Shown in pieces: positions 38,270-49,458 of a stretch of DNA of 64,000 bases (positions within the stretch are counted from its first letter, which is position 1; every line of letters starts with the position of its first letter). The notes under the pieces were generated by a model. It searched no databases. It saw nothing but the letters and a program-made list of their open reading frames with translations, and was not told where the DNA came from. Location: contig CAWCDG010000004.1 of the NCBI GenBank assembly GCA_963794325.1, positions 1,728,001-1,792,000 of the forward strand, in the 5' to 3' direction. The stretch is from an uncultured delta proteobacterium (GTDB taxonomy: Bacteria; Desulfobacterota; Binatia; Binatales; Binataceae). A program made the translations under genes and the position numbers.

Positions 38270-39472
38270 TCAGGGCCAGACGGCGCCGTCCGCAACTAAC
38301 TGCTCGCGGGCTGATTTGCCGAGGCCTAGTAGCTCGCCGAGGACGTAATCGAAATCTTCGCCGACTTCGGGGGCGATCCTGGTGACTTTTCCTGAGCCGT
38401 TGGAGAGCTTGAAGGGGATTCCGGTGACGTGCGTCGTCGCACCTTTATTGGTCGAGACTGCGGGCCAGAAGCCGCGCTCCTTCAGTTGCGGATCGCGGGC
38501 ACAGAGATCGATGCCGTTCTCGACGACGCCCGCTGCGATGCCGGCGCGTTGCATATCGCCATCGCGTCTTCGGCGCTGTGTTCGGCGGTCCATCGCGAGA
38601 CGTTGGCGTCGAGCTCGGCGCTGTTTTGCATCCGCAGATAGAGCGTGCGGAATTTTGGGTCATGAGCCCAGTCCGGGGAGCCGATTGCGGTGACGAAACG
38701 ACGCCATTCGGGGCCGGTGCGGACGCTGATCGCGACCCATCGATCGTCGTCAGTGTCGAGTGGGCGGCATTTGTAAACGCCGTGCGGCGCTGCGGGACCT
38801 TCCTGCGAATTGTAGCCGGGCACCGACTGCGTGCGGCCGTTAGCCGAGATGTCGAGCAGCGCGGGGCCGATTACGCTCGCGACGGCCTCGAACTGCGACA
38901 GATCGACGAACTGTCCGTGGCCCGTGCGGCGTCGATGCCATAGCGCGACCAGCGCCGCGAGTGCGCCCGAGTATCCACCGACCATGTCGGCGTACGAGTA
39001 GCCGTAGCCGGCCGGCGTGCCGTCGGGCTCGGCCATCAAGTGCGTGTATCCCGTGAGCGCCTGCAGCGTCGGGCCGTAACTGACGTAGCTCGAGCGCGGG
39101 CCGGTGTGGCCGAGACCGGACATGCTGATGCAGATGATGTCGGGCTTCACCTGCTTTGAGACTTTCGTAATCCATCCCCCACATCCGCATCACGCGCGCG
39201 GAAAAATTATCCATCACGATGTCGCTCATCGCGGCGAGGCGGCGCGCCAGCTCGACGCCGCGCGGATGCTGCATGTTGAGCGCGACCGAAAGTTTGCTGC
39301 GATGCAGGTCGCATTGCAGGCCGAGCTTGCGATTGCCCATCGGCGGCGGATCCTTGCGCTCGACCTTGACGACCTGCGCGCCATGGTCGCCGAGGATGCG
39401 CGTCGCGACCGGCCCGGCGACGACCCAGGTGAAGTCGAGGATGCGCACGCCGTCGAGCGGCATCGCGCACAT
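38270..39472 (-). CDS. CaiB/BaiF class III CoA-transferase (two frameshifts, ~39150 and ~38555)
   Basis: LDGVRILDFTWVVAGP..GAQVVKVE; SMSGLGHTGP; YSYADMVGG; PHGVYKC; APEVGE. Confidence 0.85.
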
Positions 39473-39474
39473 GG

Positions 39475-40686
39475 TCAGATCACTCCTTCGGCCGCGAGCA
39501 CGGCGATCGCTTCAGGAGCCATCGCGAGCTCGTCGCGCAGAATCTCGCCGGTATGCTCGCCGACCAGCGGCGGGCGTCGCGTCACGCGCCACGGCGTGCC
39601 GTTGAAAAGATACGGCGCGCCCGGGTAGCGGAATTTGCGGCCGAGCTCGGGATGATCGACCTCGACAAAGTAGCCGCGCTCGATGAGCTGATCGTCGTCG
39701 AACAGCGCCTCGGGCGGACGCACTGTCGCGTAGGGCTGGCGCAAAAGCTGCGCGCGTTCGAGCAGCTCGTCGCGCGGATAATCCTTGACCCAATCGTCGA
39801 GCACGTCGAAGACATGCTCGGCCATCAGGTAGCGATACATCGGCTGCTGGTAGTTGGGATCGTCGAGGTCGGCCGCTTTGCCGTCGGACTTGACCCATTC
39901 GATCAGCGACGTCCAGTCGCCGAGCGTGCAATGCATGATGTAACCGTCGCGGCATTTGCCGACGCGAAAAAAACGGCTCCAATGCAAAGTGCCGCGGCGC
40001 GGCTCGGCCTCGTTGCGCTCGAAGTATCCGCCGGCGACGTGCTCGACGGCAGCGGCGGTGGCCTCCTGCATGCTGAGATCGATCCATTGGCCCTCGGCGG
40101 TGCGATCGCGAGCAAGCAGCGCGAGCATCACAGCGATCGCGCCGAAGTATGCCGACGAATGATAGGCCTGCAAGCCGAGTGGACGCACCGGCGCGTGATT
40201 CGGGAAGCCGTTGACGTAGAGCATCCCGCCAAGCGCGGTCAGCACGGTGTCATCGGCGACGAAATCGCGATATGGGCCGGTCTGCCCGAACGGCGCAATC
40301 GAGCAGAGCACGAGCGCAGGATTCTCGCGATGGAGAATGTCCCAGCCTAGCCCGAGCTGGTCCATCGTGCCCGGCGCGAAGCTCTCGATGACAACGTCGG
40401 CACTGCGCACGAGCTGAAGCAGGAGGTCAGCGCCGCGCGAATGCTTGAGGTCAAGCGTCAGCGAGCGCTTGTTGAGGTTGTAGAACCAGAAAAACAAGCT
40501 GCGGTCGTGATGCGGCAAATCGTCGAGGAAGGGGCCGATGCGGCGCGCGTCGTCGCCGGCGACCGGCTCAACTTTGATAACGTCGGCGCCCATGTCGGCC
40601 AGAAGCCGCGCGCAAAGCTGTGCGCGATGTGCCGTCAGATCGAGGACGCGCAGTCCTGCGAGCGCGCCGGGTCCGGCTTCGCTCAT
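39475..40686 (-). CDS. CaiB/BaiF class III CoA-transferase
   Basis: LAGLRVLDL, LADMGADVIKVEP, NLNKRS, PFGQTGPY, PPLVGEHT. Confidence 0.9.
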   Translation of the reverse strand: MSEAGPGALAGLRVLDLTAHRAQLCARLLADMGADVIKVEPVAGDDARRIGPFLDDLPHHDRSLFFWFYNLNKRSLTLDLKHSRGADLLLQLVRSADVVIESFAPGTMDQLGLGWDILHRENPALVLCSIAPFGQTGPYRDFVADDTVLTALGGMLYVNGFPNHAPVRPLGLQAYHSSAYFGAIAVMLALLARDRTAEGQWIDLSMQEATAAAVEHVAGGYFERNEAEPRRGTLHWSRFFRVGKCRDGYIMHCTLGDWTSLIEWVKSDGKAADLDDPNYQQPMYRYLMAEHVFDVLDDWVKDYPRDELLERAQLLRQPYATVRPPEALFDDDQLIERGYFVEVDHPELGRKFRYPGAPYLFNGTPWRVTRRPPLVGEHTGEILRDELAMAPEAIAVLAAEGVI

Positions 40687-40985
40687 CGCTTTTCCGTCGA
40701 TTTTTCCGCGGCCGTCGGCGGTTCGAGTTGCTCGAGCTCTTCCTTAACCTTGGGCGGCGGCAGGTCCTCGATCGCAAACGCGCTGGTGTCGAGCGTCGGC
40801 GGGATTTCCATCAAGACTTCGTTCTTCGGCCCGGTGCGTTTGCCGCCGACGACGCGGATCGTTTCGAAGGTGTCGGGATTGACCCATCGCACGCCCATCA
40901 CGGCCGGTTTCGCCTGACCATCCTCGTCCACCGGCACGAGCGTGGTCCCTTCCTTGTCGAACATGGTTACTTTTCTAAGGCTCAT
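40683..40985 (-). CDS. Hypothetical ~100-aa protein coupled to the CoA-transferase pair
   Basis: Stop overlaps the next ATG (ATGA); typical codon usage; start uncertain. Confidence 0.55.
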   Translation of the reverse strand: MSLRKVTMFDKEGTTLVPVDEDGQAKPAVMGVRWVNPDTFETIRVVGGKRTGPKNEVLMEIPPTLDTSAFAIEDLPPPKVKEELEQLEPPTAAEKSTEKR

Positions 40986-41103
40986 AAAATTTTTTCTATG
41001 AAAATGGAATTAGATGATGCGCGAGAAATGATATGGAGGCCGGCGTTCGGATTCAAACGGACTCAGGCCCAATTCTGGTTCCCCTTCCCACTATGGGAAG
41101 GGG

Positions 41104-41629
41104 CTAGGGGTTAGGTTTGCGCCGTCGCAGCGCGTCGGGCATCCCATCATGCGGTCCCGGGCGGTGTTTCGGAACGTCGTCCCACCATTCGCTCGACGGC
41201 AAGTCGATTGCGGCGCTGAGGATGAAGCGGATAGTAGATGCGATTGTCGCGCTTCGAAGCCTCGCCTCCCACCAGCAGCAGAACCTCATGCTTGCTGTTG
41301 TTTATGAAGCAATGGCAGATGCCGGTCCCAGCGGGAAACGCCGCGAAGTCGCCGGGCCGCATCGCGTGAATAACGCCGTCTATCCACGCATCGACCTTAC
41401 CCTCGAGGACGTACACGAACTCCTCTTCTTTCTCCTCGGCATGAGGCCACGAACTTCGCTCTCCGGGCTCCAGCCGTGCCAGGTGCACGCCGATCTTCTG
41501 CAATCCCGCGACTCTGCCGATGCTCCGATGATGACCGGTGAATTCGTCGCTGTTGGGATATTGGTGGCTCGTCTCAGGACACGACGCGGCGGAGATGATG
41601 AACGGCGGTTTTTTGGCAGGGGTTTTCAT
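41104..41629 (-). CDS. Cupin-domain protein (frameshift near 41207)
   Basis: GLQKIGVHLARLEPGERSSWPHAE..EEEFVYVLEG..GDFAAFPAGTGICHCFIN; C-terminus WWDDVP..GPHDGMP in the adjacent frame. Confidence 0.8.
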
Positions 41630-41827
41630 CCGGCCCATGTAACACAACCGCCGGAATGCAAGCCACCGTCGAGGAATTGCGTTGCGGCGCGACGCGAATT
41701 AACCTTGTTGATGGCCGTCAGGCGGCCACCTGTCCGCGGAGAGGGCTAAGCCCACCTCAATTTTGATCGAAACTCATAAACCTTTTCCTTCCCGTTAGCG
41801 GACGCGGGTAAGAGGAAGGGGTTTGTC

Positions 41828-42650
41828 ATGAGCGCATCGAAAGAGCCGCGCAAACGGCTGCCGCAAAATCCGTCCGAGGAAAATCTCCGCAAACAGGCCA
41901 AGCACTTGGCGAAGGAAGAGGGCGTTCAACTCGCTGCTGCTCAACACCGGCTCGCAATCGAGTACGGCTACCGGAACTGGGCCGAGCTGATGCGGGCCGT
42001 CGCGCCGCGCTTCGTCCCGCTGGTGCCGCTGCGCGAATTGGTGGCGTTCCCGCTCGAGATGTATCCCGTCTATGTCGGCCGGCCGAAGTCCATCAGTGCG
42101 ATCGATGCGGTCGCTGCCGGCTCCCCGATTTTGCTGATAGCGCAACGCGACGCGACGCTCGGAGAGCCTTCAGTCCGACCGACATGTACGAGGTCGGCAC
42201 GCTCGGAGTCATCGTCGAACGGCAGACGCTGCCCGACGGTACGGCGAAAATCATGGTCGAAGGCGAAAGCGTGCGAGAGTCAAACGCTTTCGGTTCGAGA
42301 ACGAGTTTTACAAGGCCGAGGTCGAAGAGGTCGCCGACACCGAGCGCCTCAACTTCACGATTTCGGCACCCGGCGTTATCCATCCCGCCTCCGCGCGCCG
42401 CGAGCACGTGGGCGGCCTGATTCGTTTGGTCCTTTCAGCCTTAAATGACTACGTACTGCGCAAAGGGCAATCCGGGTACGCGTCAGCGATCTCCATGAAA
42501 GAGATCGACGATCCTGGCGTCCTTCCATACATGATTGCGCGCCATCTGAAGATGGAAGTCGCGGAACAGCAGGCCCTGCTCGAAAGCGTCAGTCCCGTTG
42601 AGCGGCTTGAGAAGATCCTCGCCTACCTGAAGGCAGTGAAATCGAATTGA
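41828..42650 (+). CDS. Fusion of an LPxxPSxExLRKQAK N-terminal domain with a Lon substrate-binding (N) domain; multiple frameshifts
   Basis: LPQNPSEENLRKQAK..AQHRLAIEYGYRNWAEL then VPLRELVAFP..VGRPKSISAI..YEVGT..LPDGTAKIMVEG..QQALLE..ERLEKI; no AAA+ or protease domain. Confidence 0.65.
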
Positions 42651-42723
42651 GCGCTCGATACTCGCGAAGCAACTGCGCGTAAGTTAATCTGATCGGACGC
42701 ATACTCAAAACCGGGAACAACGC

Positions 42724-45622
42724 GTGGCTGAGACCGATTACAAATCTACCCTGAAACTTCCCAAGACCGACTTTCCGATGAAGGCGAATCTGCCCAAGCG
42801 GGAGCCGGAAATGCTCAAACGTTGGGACGACCTCGACCTTTACGCGCGCCTGATGGAGGCCCGCAAAGATCGCGAGTCGTGGGTGCTGCACGACGGGCCG
42901 CCGTATGCCAACGGCCGGGTGCATCTCGGCACCGCGCTCAACAAAATTCTCAAGGACTTCGTCGTGCGGTCGCGCTCGATGCTCGGATATCGCACGCCGT
43001 TCGTACCGGGATGGGACTGTCACGGGATGCCGATCGAATACAAGGTGTCGCGCGATCTCGGCGGCGACAAGGCACGCACGACTCCCAAGCTCGAGCTGCG
43101 CAAGCTGTGCCGCGCCGAAGCCGAGAAGTGGGTCGATTTGCAGCGCTCGGATTTTCGACGCCTGGGATGTATCGGCGACTGGTTCCATCCTTATCTTACG
43201 ATGGCGCCGGAGTATGATGCGGCGGAAATCCACGTGCTCCGCAACATGGTCGAGCAGGGCTACGTGTATCGCGGGCTGCGTCCGGTGCATTGGTGCTTCG
43301 ACTGCCGATCGGCGCTAGCGGAGGCGGAAGTCGAATATCGCGATCACGTCTCGCCGTCGATTTACGTAGCGTTCGCGTTCAATTCGAATCTCAAGGATGC
43401 GGGCGCGATGGCTGCGGGCGCCAACGACCGCGCCGAGCTCGCGGCTGCGCACAAAGCCGGCAAATTGTCGGCGGTCATATGGACGACTACGCCGTGGACG
43501 CTGCCAGCGAATCTCGGAATCTCGCTGAACGAGACTTTCGACTACGTAGCGCTGAAGGTCGGCGAACATTATTACGTGGTCGCGTCGCGATTAGCCGACC
43601 TCGTCGCGAAGGAATGCGGGCTGAGTGTCGAAAAACGAATCCCGCTCGTCGGCGCCGCGCTCAAGACTTACGACGGCCAGGATATTTTTCGGCATCCGTT
43701 CCTTCCGCGCGACGTCAAGCTGATGTACGCCGAGCACGTCACCGCCGACGCCGGCACCGGCCTGGTGCATACCGCGCCAGGGCCATGGCTACGAGGATTA
43801 CGTCGTCGGCAAAAAGTACGGGCTATTGCCGTTCACTCCGGTCGATGGCAGCGGAGTATTCACGCGGGACGGTGGCGAGTGGGAGGGGCAGAACGTCTTC
43901 AAGGCGAATAATTCAATCGTCGCAAATCTACGCACCGTCGGCGCGTTGCTGCATTCGCAAAACTTCTCGCACAGCTATCCGCATTGCTGGCGATGTCACA
44001 ATCCGCTGATTTTTCTCGCCACCGAGCAATGGTTCATCAGCGTCGATCATAACGGACTGCGCGCCAAGGTGATCGACGCGATCGATAGCGTGAAGTGGTA
44101 CCCGGCATGGTCGCGCGATCGAATCCGCAATATGACCGAGACGCGGCCCGACTGGACTATCTCGCGCCAGCGCGCGTGGGGCGTGCCGATTCCGGCGGTC
44201 CGATGCGCCGAATGCGACGAGGTCGCGCCGCTGACCGTCACGATGGATCGGGTCGAGGAAATTTTCGCACGCGAAGGATCCGACGCCTGGTACATCCGGC
44301 CCGCGTCGGACTTCGTCGCACCGGGCGTCAAATGCGCGAAGTGCAGTGGCGCGGTCTTCGTCAAGGAGGAGGACATCCTCGACGTATGGTTCGATTCGGG
44401 ATCGTCGCAAGCCGCCGTGCTCGCCAAGCGCCCCGAACTGAAATGGCCAGCCGATGCATACCTCGAAGCAGTCGAGCAGGCGCGCGGATGGTTCAGCTCG
44501 TCGCTCTTTTGCGCCGTCTCCGAGCGCGGCGCCGCACCCTTCAAGAGCATCATCAGTCACGGGCTGACGGTGGACGAGAAGGGACGCAAGATGTCGAAGT
44601 CGCTTGGCAACTCCGAGGACGCCGTCGATGCGGCCGGACGGATGGGCGCCGACGTGCTGCGGCTGGTGTACGCGTCGCTCGATTACACCGCCGACATCAC
44701 GCTCAGCCCGACTATCTTCAATGCAGTGTCAGAGGCGTACCGCAAGATTCGCAATACCTGCCGCTTCGTGCTCGGCAACCTGGCTGACTTCGATCCCGCT
44801 CGCGATGCCGTTCAATTGAAAGACATGTTCGAGTTCGACCGCTTCATCCTGGGACGGACCGAGAAACTCAAGACCGAAGTGCGCCGCGCTTACGAAGCAT
44901 TCGAATTCCAGACCGCGTTCCAGTTGATGCAGAATTTTATCGTGGTCGATTTGAGCTCGCTGTATATCGACGTGGCGCGCGACCGGCTGTACTGTGCGGC
45001 CGGGAATTCTCGCGAGCGCCGATCCGCGCAAACCGCGCTGTTCAATATTCTCGACACGCTGGTGCGGATGCTGGCGCCGCTGATTCCGTTCACCGCCGAG
45101 GAGGTTTACTCGTATCTTCCGGCGAAGCAGCACGAGAGCGTCCATCTGACTACGATGCATCCGGCGAATCCGTCGTGGCGCGACGAAGATCTGGAACTGC
45201 GATGGGATCGACTGCTCAAAGTCCGCGACGAGGCGCTCAAGCTGCTCGAAGCGATGCGCAAGTCGGGGACGATCGGCGCGCCGCTCGACGCTGCGATCGG
45301 TCTCGGAGCTGACGGTGGCTCTGACAGCGGACTGGCCGAAACGCTCAAGCGATATCGAGAAGAGCTGAAAGACTTGTTCATCGTTTCTGATGTTGCGATC
45401 CTGGCCGACGCTGAAGCGGCTGAGATCAGGAATCAAGCCAATGGCCGCGAGGATTTCGCTATCGACGGTAACGGCACCTTCGCGCGAGCCAGTGCGTATC
45501 CTCCGATCACTCTGATCGGACGTCACGCGTCAGGCGCGAAGTGCGCGCGATGCTGGAAATATTTCGACAACGCCGGTGGCGAAACGTTGGACGCGCGATG
45601 CCGCGCGGTGGTTGGAGCGTAG
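42724..45622 (+). CDS. ileS: Isoleucine--tRNA ligase (frameshift near 43780, probably a sequence error)
   Basis: LHDGPPYANG..HLGT, WTTTPWTLP, GTGLVHTAP, DWTISRQRAWG, KMSKS, C-terminal CARCW. Confidence 0.95.
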
Positions 45623-45625
45623 CCG

Positions 45626-46213
45626 ATGGCGGAGCAATCGAGCGTCAATCCTCTGCCCGGCGTGATCGCCGACGGGGAAGCAGGAAGCGAATCGAGCGCA
45701 TCGACGCCGCCGCGCAGGCCGTTTCTATTTTTGCTCTGCGCGATCACGATTCCGATCATCGTGCTCGATCAGCTGACCAAGCTGTTCGTGCAAGCGCACA
45801 TGGCGGTGTACGAGAGTATCGCGGTCATCCCGAACTACCTCGACATCACGTACGCGCAGAATCCCGGCGCCGCGTTCAGCATGCTGGCGGAGGCGCCGCC
45901 GTGGGTCCGCGAAGCATTTCTGCTGACGATGGCGTGCGGCGCGATAGTCGTGCTGGCTATTTTTATTTGGCGCGCTGACCGCGTATCGATCACTTCAGTG
46001 GCGTTCGCGATGATCCTGGGCGGCGCTGCCGGCAATCTCATCGATCGCGCGGTTCGCGGGCGCGTGATCGACTTCGTGCGCGCGCATTACTACGACCTGA
46101 ACTATCCGATCTTCAATGTCGCCGACAGCGCGATCTCGATTGGCGTCGCGTTGATCATCCTCACCGCGTTCTTCGGCGGCGATGACCAGCCCAAGACCGA
46201 GCGATCCAGTTAG
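45626..46213 (+). CDS. lspA: Lipoprotein signal peptidase II
   Basis: DQLTK, NPGAAFS, GNLIDR, VIDF, FNVADSAI. Confidence 0.95.
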   Translation: MAEQSSVNPLPGVIADGEAGSESSASTPPRRPFLFLLCAITIPIIVLDQLTKLFVQAHMAVYESIAVIPNYLDITYAQNPGAAFSMLAEAPPWVREAFLLTMACGAIVVLAIFIWRADRVSITSVAFAMILGGAAGNLIDRAVRGRVIDFVRAHYYDLNYPIFNVADSAISIGVALIILTAFFGGDDQPKTERSS

Positions 46214-46333
46214 CTGCCCAAATCCTCGCGCGGCGCGTTTGACGCCGGCAGCGCGGCGGGTTTAGTTTCGCAAAATCGAAGTCTCGATCTACGCCGGGCG
46301 CGCGACCGTGCGCCGGGAATGGAGCGTATCGCG

Positions 46334-47287
46334 ATGAAATCAATCAACACCGTCACTGGAACCGTGAGTCCCGAGCAGCTCGGCACCACGCTGATGCACG
46401 AGCATCTGCTGATCGGATGGGCTGGATGGGAGCTCGATTGCGCAGCGCCGAAATTCGAGCGAAAAGCGGCGCTCAAGAATTGCATCGATCGCCTCAAAGA
46501 GGTGCGCGACCTCGGACTCGAGACCTTCGTCGATCCGTGCCCGATGGATATTGGCCGCGACGTGAACTTTATGGCGGAGGCGGCGTCCGCGTCGGGCGTG
46601 CGAATAATTTGCGCGACCGGCTTGTACAAGGAGGACCTGGGCAACACCGCGTACTTCAAGCAGCGCACCATCGACGACATCGCGTCGGTGTACATCAGCG
46701 AGATCAACCGCGGCGTCGGCGATACCGGCATCAAGGCGGGCATTATTAAATGTGCGACCGGCAAAGGGACGGTCACGAAGTATGAGGAGATGTGTCTGCG
46801 GGCGGCGGCGCGCGCGCATAAGGCGACCGGCGTGCCGATCACGACGCATACCGAGGAGGGCACGATGGGCCGCGAGCAGCTCGAGATTTTCGCGTCGGAA
46901 GGCGCGGACCTCGGCCGCGTGATCATCGGCCATAGTTGCGGGTCGTCGGACCTCGGTTATCACACAGCGATGCTCGATCGCGGATGCACCCTCGGTTTCG
47001 ACCGCTTCGGCCTGGATTTCGTGCATCCCGACAAGCTGCGCCTCGCGGCGCTAATCGGCCTGCTGGGCGTCGGATACGAAAATCAGCTCGTGCTCTCGCA
47101 CGACACCGTCGCATGCTGGCTCGGTCGCGGCCTCGATCTGACGCCGGAAACCACCAAGCTGATCGCGAACTGGACGCCGACGCACGTCTTCAAGAATATC
47201 GTGCCGGCGCTAAAGAGGGCGGGCGTCGGCGACGTGAAAATCCGCGCGATGCTGGTAGAAAATCCGCGCCGGTATTTCCAGAATTAG
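46334..47287 (+). CDS. Phosphotriesterase-family amidohydrolase
   Basis: INTVTG..LGTTLMHEHL, GRDV, AGIIK, ITTHT, IIGHS, FDRFG, LSHD, ENPRR. Confidence 0.9.
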   Translation: MKSINTVTGTVSPEQLGTTLMHEHLLIGWAGWELDCAAPKFERKAALKNCIDRLKEVRDLGLETFVDPCPMDIGRDVNFMAEAASASGVRIICATGLYKEDLGNTAYFKQRTIDDIASVYISEINRGVGDTGIKAGIIKCATGKGTVTKYEEMCLRAAARAHKATGVPITTHTEEGTMGREQLEIFASEGADLGRVIIGHSCGSSDLGYHTAMLDRGCTLGFDRFGLDFVHPDKLRLAALIGLLGVGYENQLVLSHDTVACWLGRGLDLTPETTKLIANWTPTHVFKNIVPALKRAGVGDVKIRAMLVENPRRYFQN

Positions 47288-47353
47288 CGGACCGGCGCTG
47301 ATTTTCGTCCAGCCGGATTCGATGGCGGGCACGGCGACCCGCCGCACTCGAAC

Positions 47354-47578
47354 TCAACCGTTGTCGCTCGCGCTCGCGCCGGTGGGGGCGCCGTTCTCAA
47401 CCGAAGCGCGCCACTTGTCAATTGCCTCGACCGTAAAACGCCAGTCGCTGCCGACCCGGAACGCGGGGAGCAGATTCTTCTTGAGCATCCTGTAGATAGT
47501 GGAAGGGTGCACTCTGAGGTAGGTAGACACCTCCTGTACGGTGAGGACCTTGCTCTTCAACTCGTCGAATCGATCCAT
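47354..47578 (-). CDS. Excisionase-like (HTH_17) DNA-binding protein
   Basis: VLTVQEVSTYLRVHPSTIYRML..LPAFRVGSDWRF..IDKW; RBS GGAG. Confidence 0.85.
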   Translation of the reverse strand: MDRFDELKSKVLTVQEVSTYLRVHPSTIYRMLKKNLLPAFRVGSDWRFTVEAIDKWRASVENGAPTGASASDNG

Positions 47579-47766
47579 GGGACTCCTTCGCGTTACGCGC
47601 GTTTACCCCGTCTTTCCAGGCCCTTGATGGTGTATGGGTTGAAACAGCCATGCGTACGCTACTCATTACATACTAAACACATTGTAGAGACGCCAAGCAG
47701 TCAAGCATGATAATTCGCGACAATTTGTCACCAGTGGAACACTTTTTGTCTATAAAAGCTCGAAGT

Positions 47767-48850
47767 TCACCACAGAGGTGACACGATGTCATCAAAAGAG
47801 AGACTTTTTGTCAAGGAGTGACCAAGGCGGTCGAGCAGAACGAATTCGATGGCGCCGGCGGCGCGTTTCTTGTCCAGGCTAAGCGCGCGGAGAAAATCGT
47901 CGCTGTGCCATCCTGCCGGCATCGCAGTCGGCAAACCGGCGCGCTCGATCAGATGTTGCAGCCGTGATGCTTCGTCAGCCGACAAGCCGGCGTACTTGCT
48001 GGAAAGCCGCGCCGCCGCGACCATCCCAATCGCGACCGCTTCGCCGTGAAAATAGCTGCCATATCCCGCGCTCGCTTCGATTGCGTGCCCGATCGTATGG
48101 CCGAAGTTCAAGGTCTTGCGCAGTCCGCTTTCGTGCTCGTCAGCGCCGACGACAGCGGCCTTATGCATCAGCGATCGCGTAACGACTTGCTCGAGCAACT
48201 CGGGCCGTCGCGCAAGGATCGCATCGAGGTCGCGCTCGAGATCCGCGATCATCGGTGCGTCCATGATTGCGCCGTACTTGATGACCTCGGCCAGGCCTTC
48301 GCGAAACTCTCGATCGGGCAGCGTCGCAAGCGTCGTCACGTCGACGACTATCAGCCGCGGCTGGTAAAACGCACCGAGCAGATTCTTGGCGTGGCGATGG
48401 TTGATCGCGGTCTTGCCGCCGAGCGCTGAATCAACCTGCGCGACGACCGTCGTGGGCACCTGCACCAACGGCACTCCGCGCAAAAATGTCGCGGCCGCAA
48501 ATCCCGCAAGATCGCCAACGACGCCGCCGCCCAGCGCGAACACTACGCTGTTGCGATCAAGCCCGATCGCAGTCATGCGATCGTACAGAAGCTCGAGCGT
48601 GGGCAGCGATTTCGAGGCTTCACCCGGCGGCACCGAAATCACGGCCGGCGCGAAGCCGCTTTTTCGAAGAGCATCCTCGACCCGCGCGGCGTACAACTTC
48701 TCTACTGTCGCATCGGTGACGACGGCGCACGGACCGGGCTTCAATCCGGCGGCACGCGCGAGTTCGCCAAGACGGTCGAGGATGTTGGCGCCGACCATGA
48801 GCGTCATGCGAAGCGGGCCCGAGCTCTATCCGGATGGTGCGCATCGTCAT
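47767..48850 (-). CDS. aroB: 3-dehydroquinate synthase (frameshift near 48800)
   Basis: GEASK, LGGGVVGDLAGF, QVPTT, DSALGGKT, EGLAEVIK, LNFGHTIGHAIE, HGEAVAIG. Confidence 0.93.
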
Positions 48851-49422
48851 ATGGGAGGCAGGACGCGACGCGCAGCGTGCACGCCGAAAGCCTCGATAAC
48901 ATGATCGGCCAGCTGCTCGACGGTGAGATCGGAGCTGTCGACCCGGACGTCGGCGCGCGCGTACGCATCAGCTCGCTCGTCCATCAGCTCTTTCACTCGA
49001 TCCAAAGTGGGCTTGCCGCCTTCGGTCAGTTTCGGACGTTTCGCCTTCGATCGTTCGACGCGCGCCGCGATGACCTCGGGCCGCGCCGACAGGCACACGA
49101 TCACGCCGACCCGCTTGAGCGCCGCGCAATTCGATTCGTCAACCAACACGCCGCCGCCGGTCGAGATCACTTCGGGAAACGGGCCGTGGCAATGCGGGCA
49201 TCGCCGCGTATCGCCGGCCAGGTGTGCGACCGCATCGCGTTCGAGTTGTCGGAAGTGCGCCTCGCCGTGGTCGGCGAAAATCTGCGCGATTGGTTTTCCG
49301 GCGCGCGCGATGACCATCGTATCGACGTCCACGAATTCCCATCCGAGCCGCCGCGCGACTAGTGGGCCGACCGAACTTTTTCCGGTGGCCATGAATCCGG
49401 TGAGGATCAGTTTGGGGGTCAT
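48847..49422 (-). CDS. aroK: Shikimate kinase
   Basis: GFMATGKSSVG, GEAHFRQLE, ISTGGG, RP.L. Confidence 0.92.
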   Translation of the reverse strand: MTPKLILTGFMATGKSSVGPLVARRLGWEFVDVDTMVIARAGKPIAQIFADHGEAHFRQLERDAVAHLAGDTRRCPHCHGPFPEVISTGGGVLVDESNCAALKRVGVIVCLSARPEVIAARVERSKAKRPKLTEGGKPTLDRVKELMDERADAYARADVRVDSSDLTVEQLADHVIEAFGVHAARRVLPPI

Positions 49423-49458
49423 TTGCGTTGCGTCGCCGATACGCGGGCGCGCCTCGCT

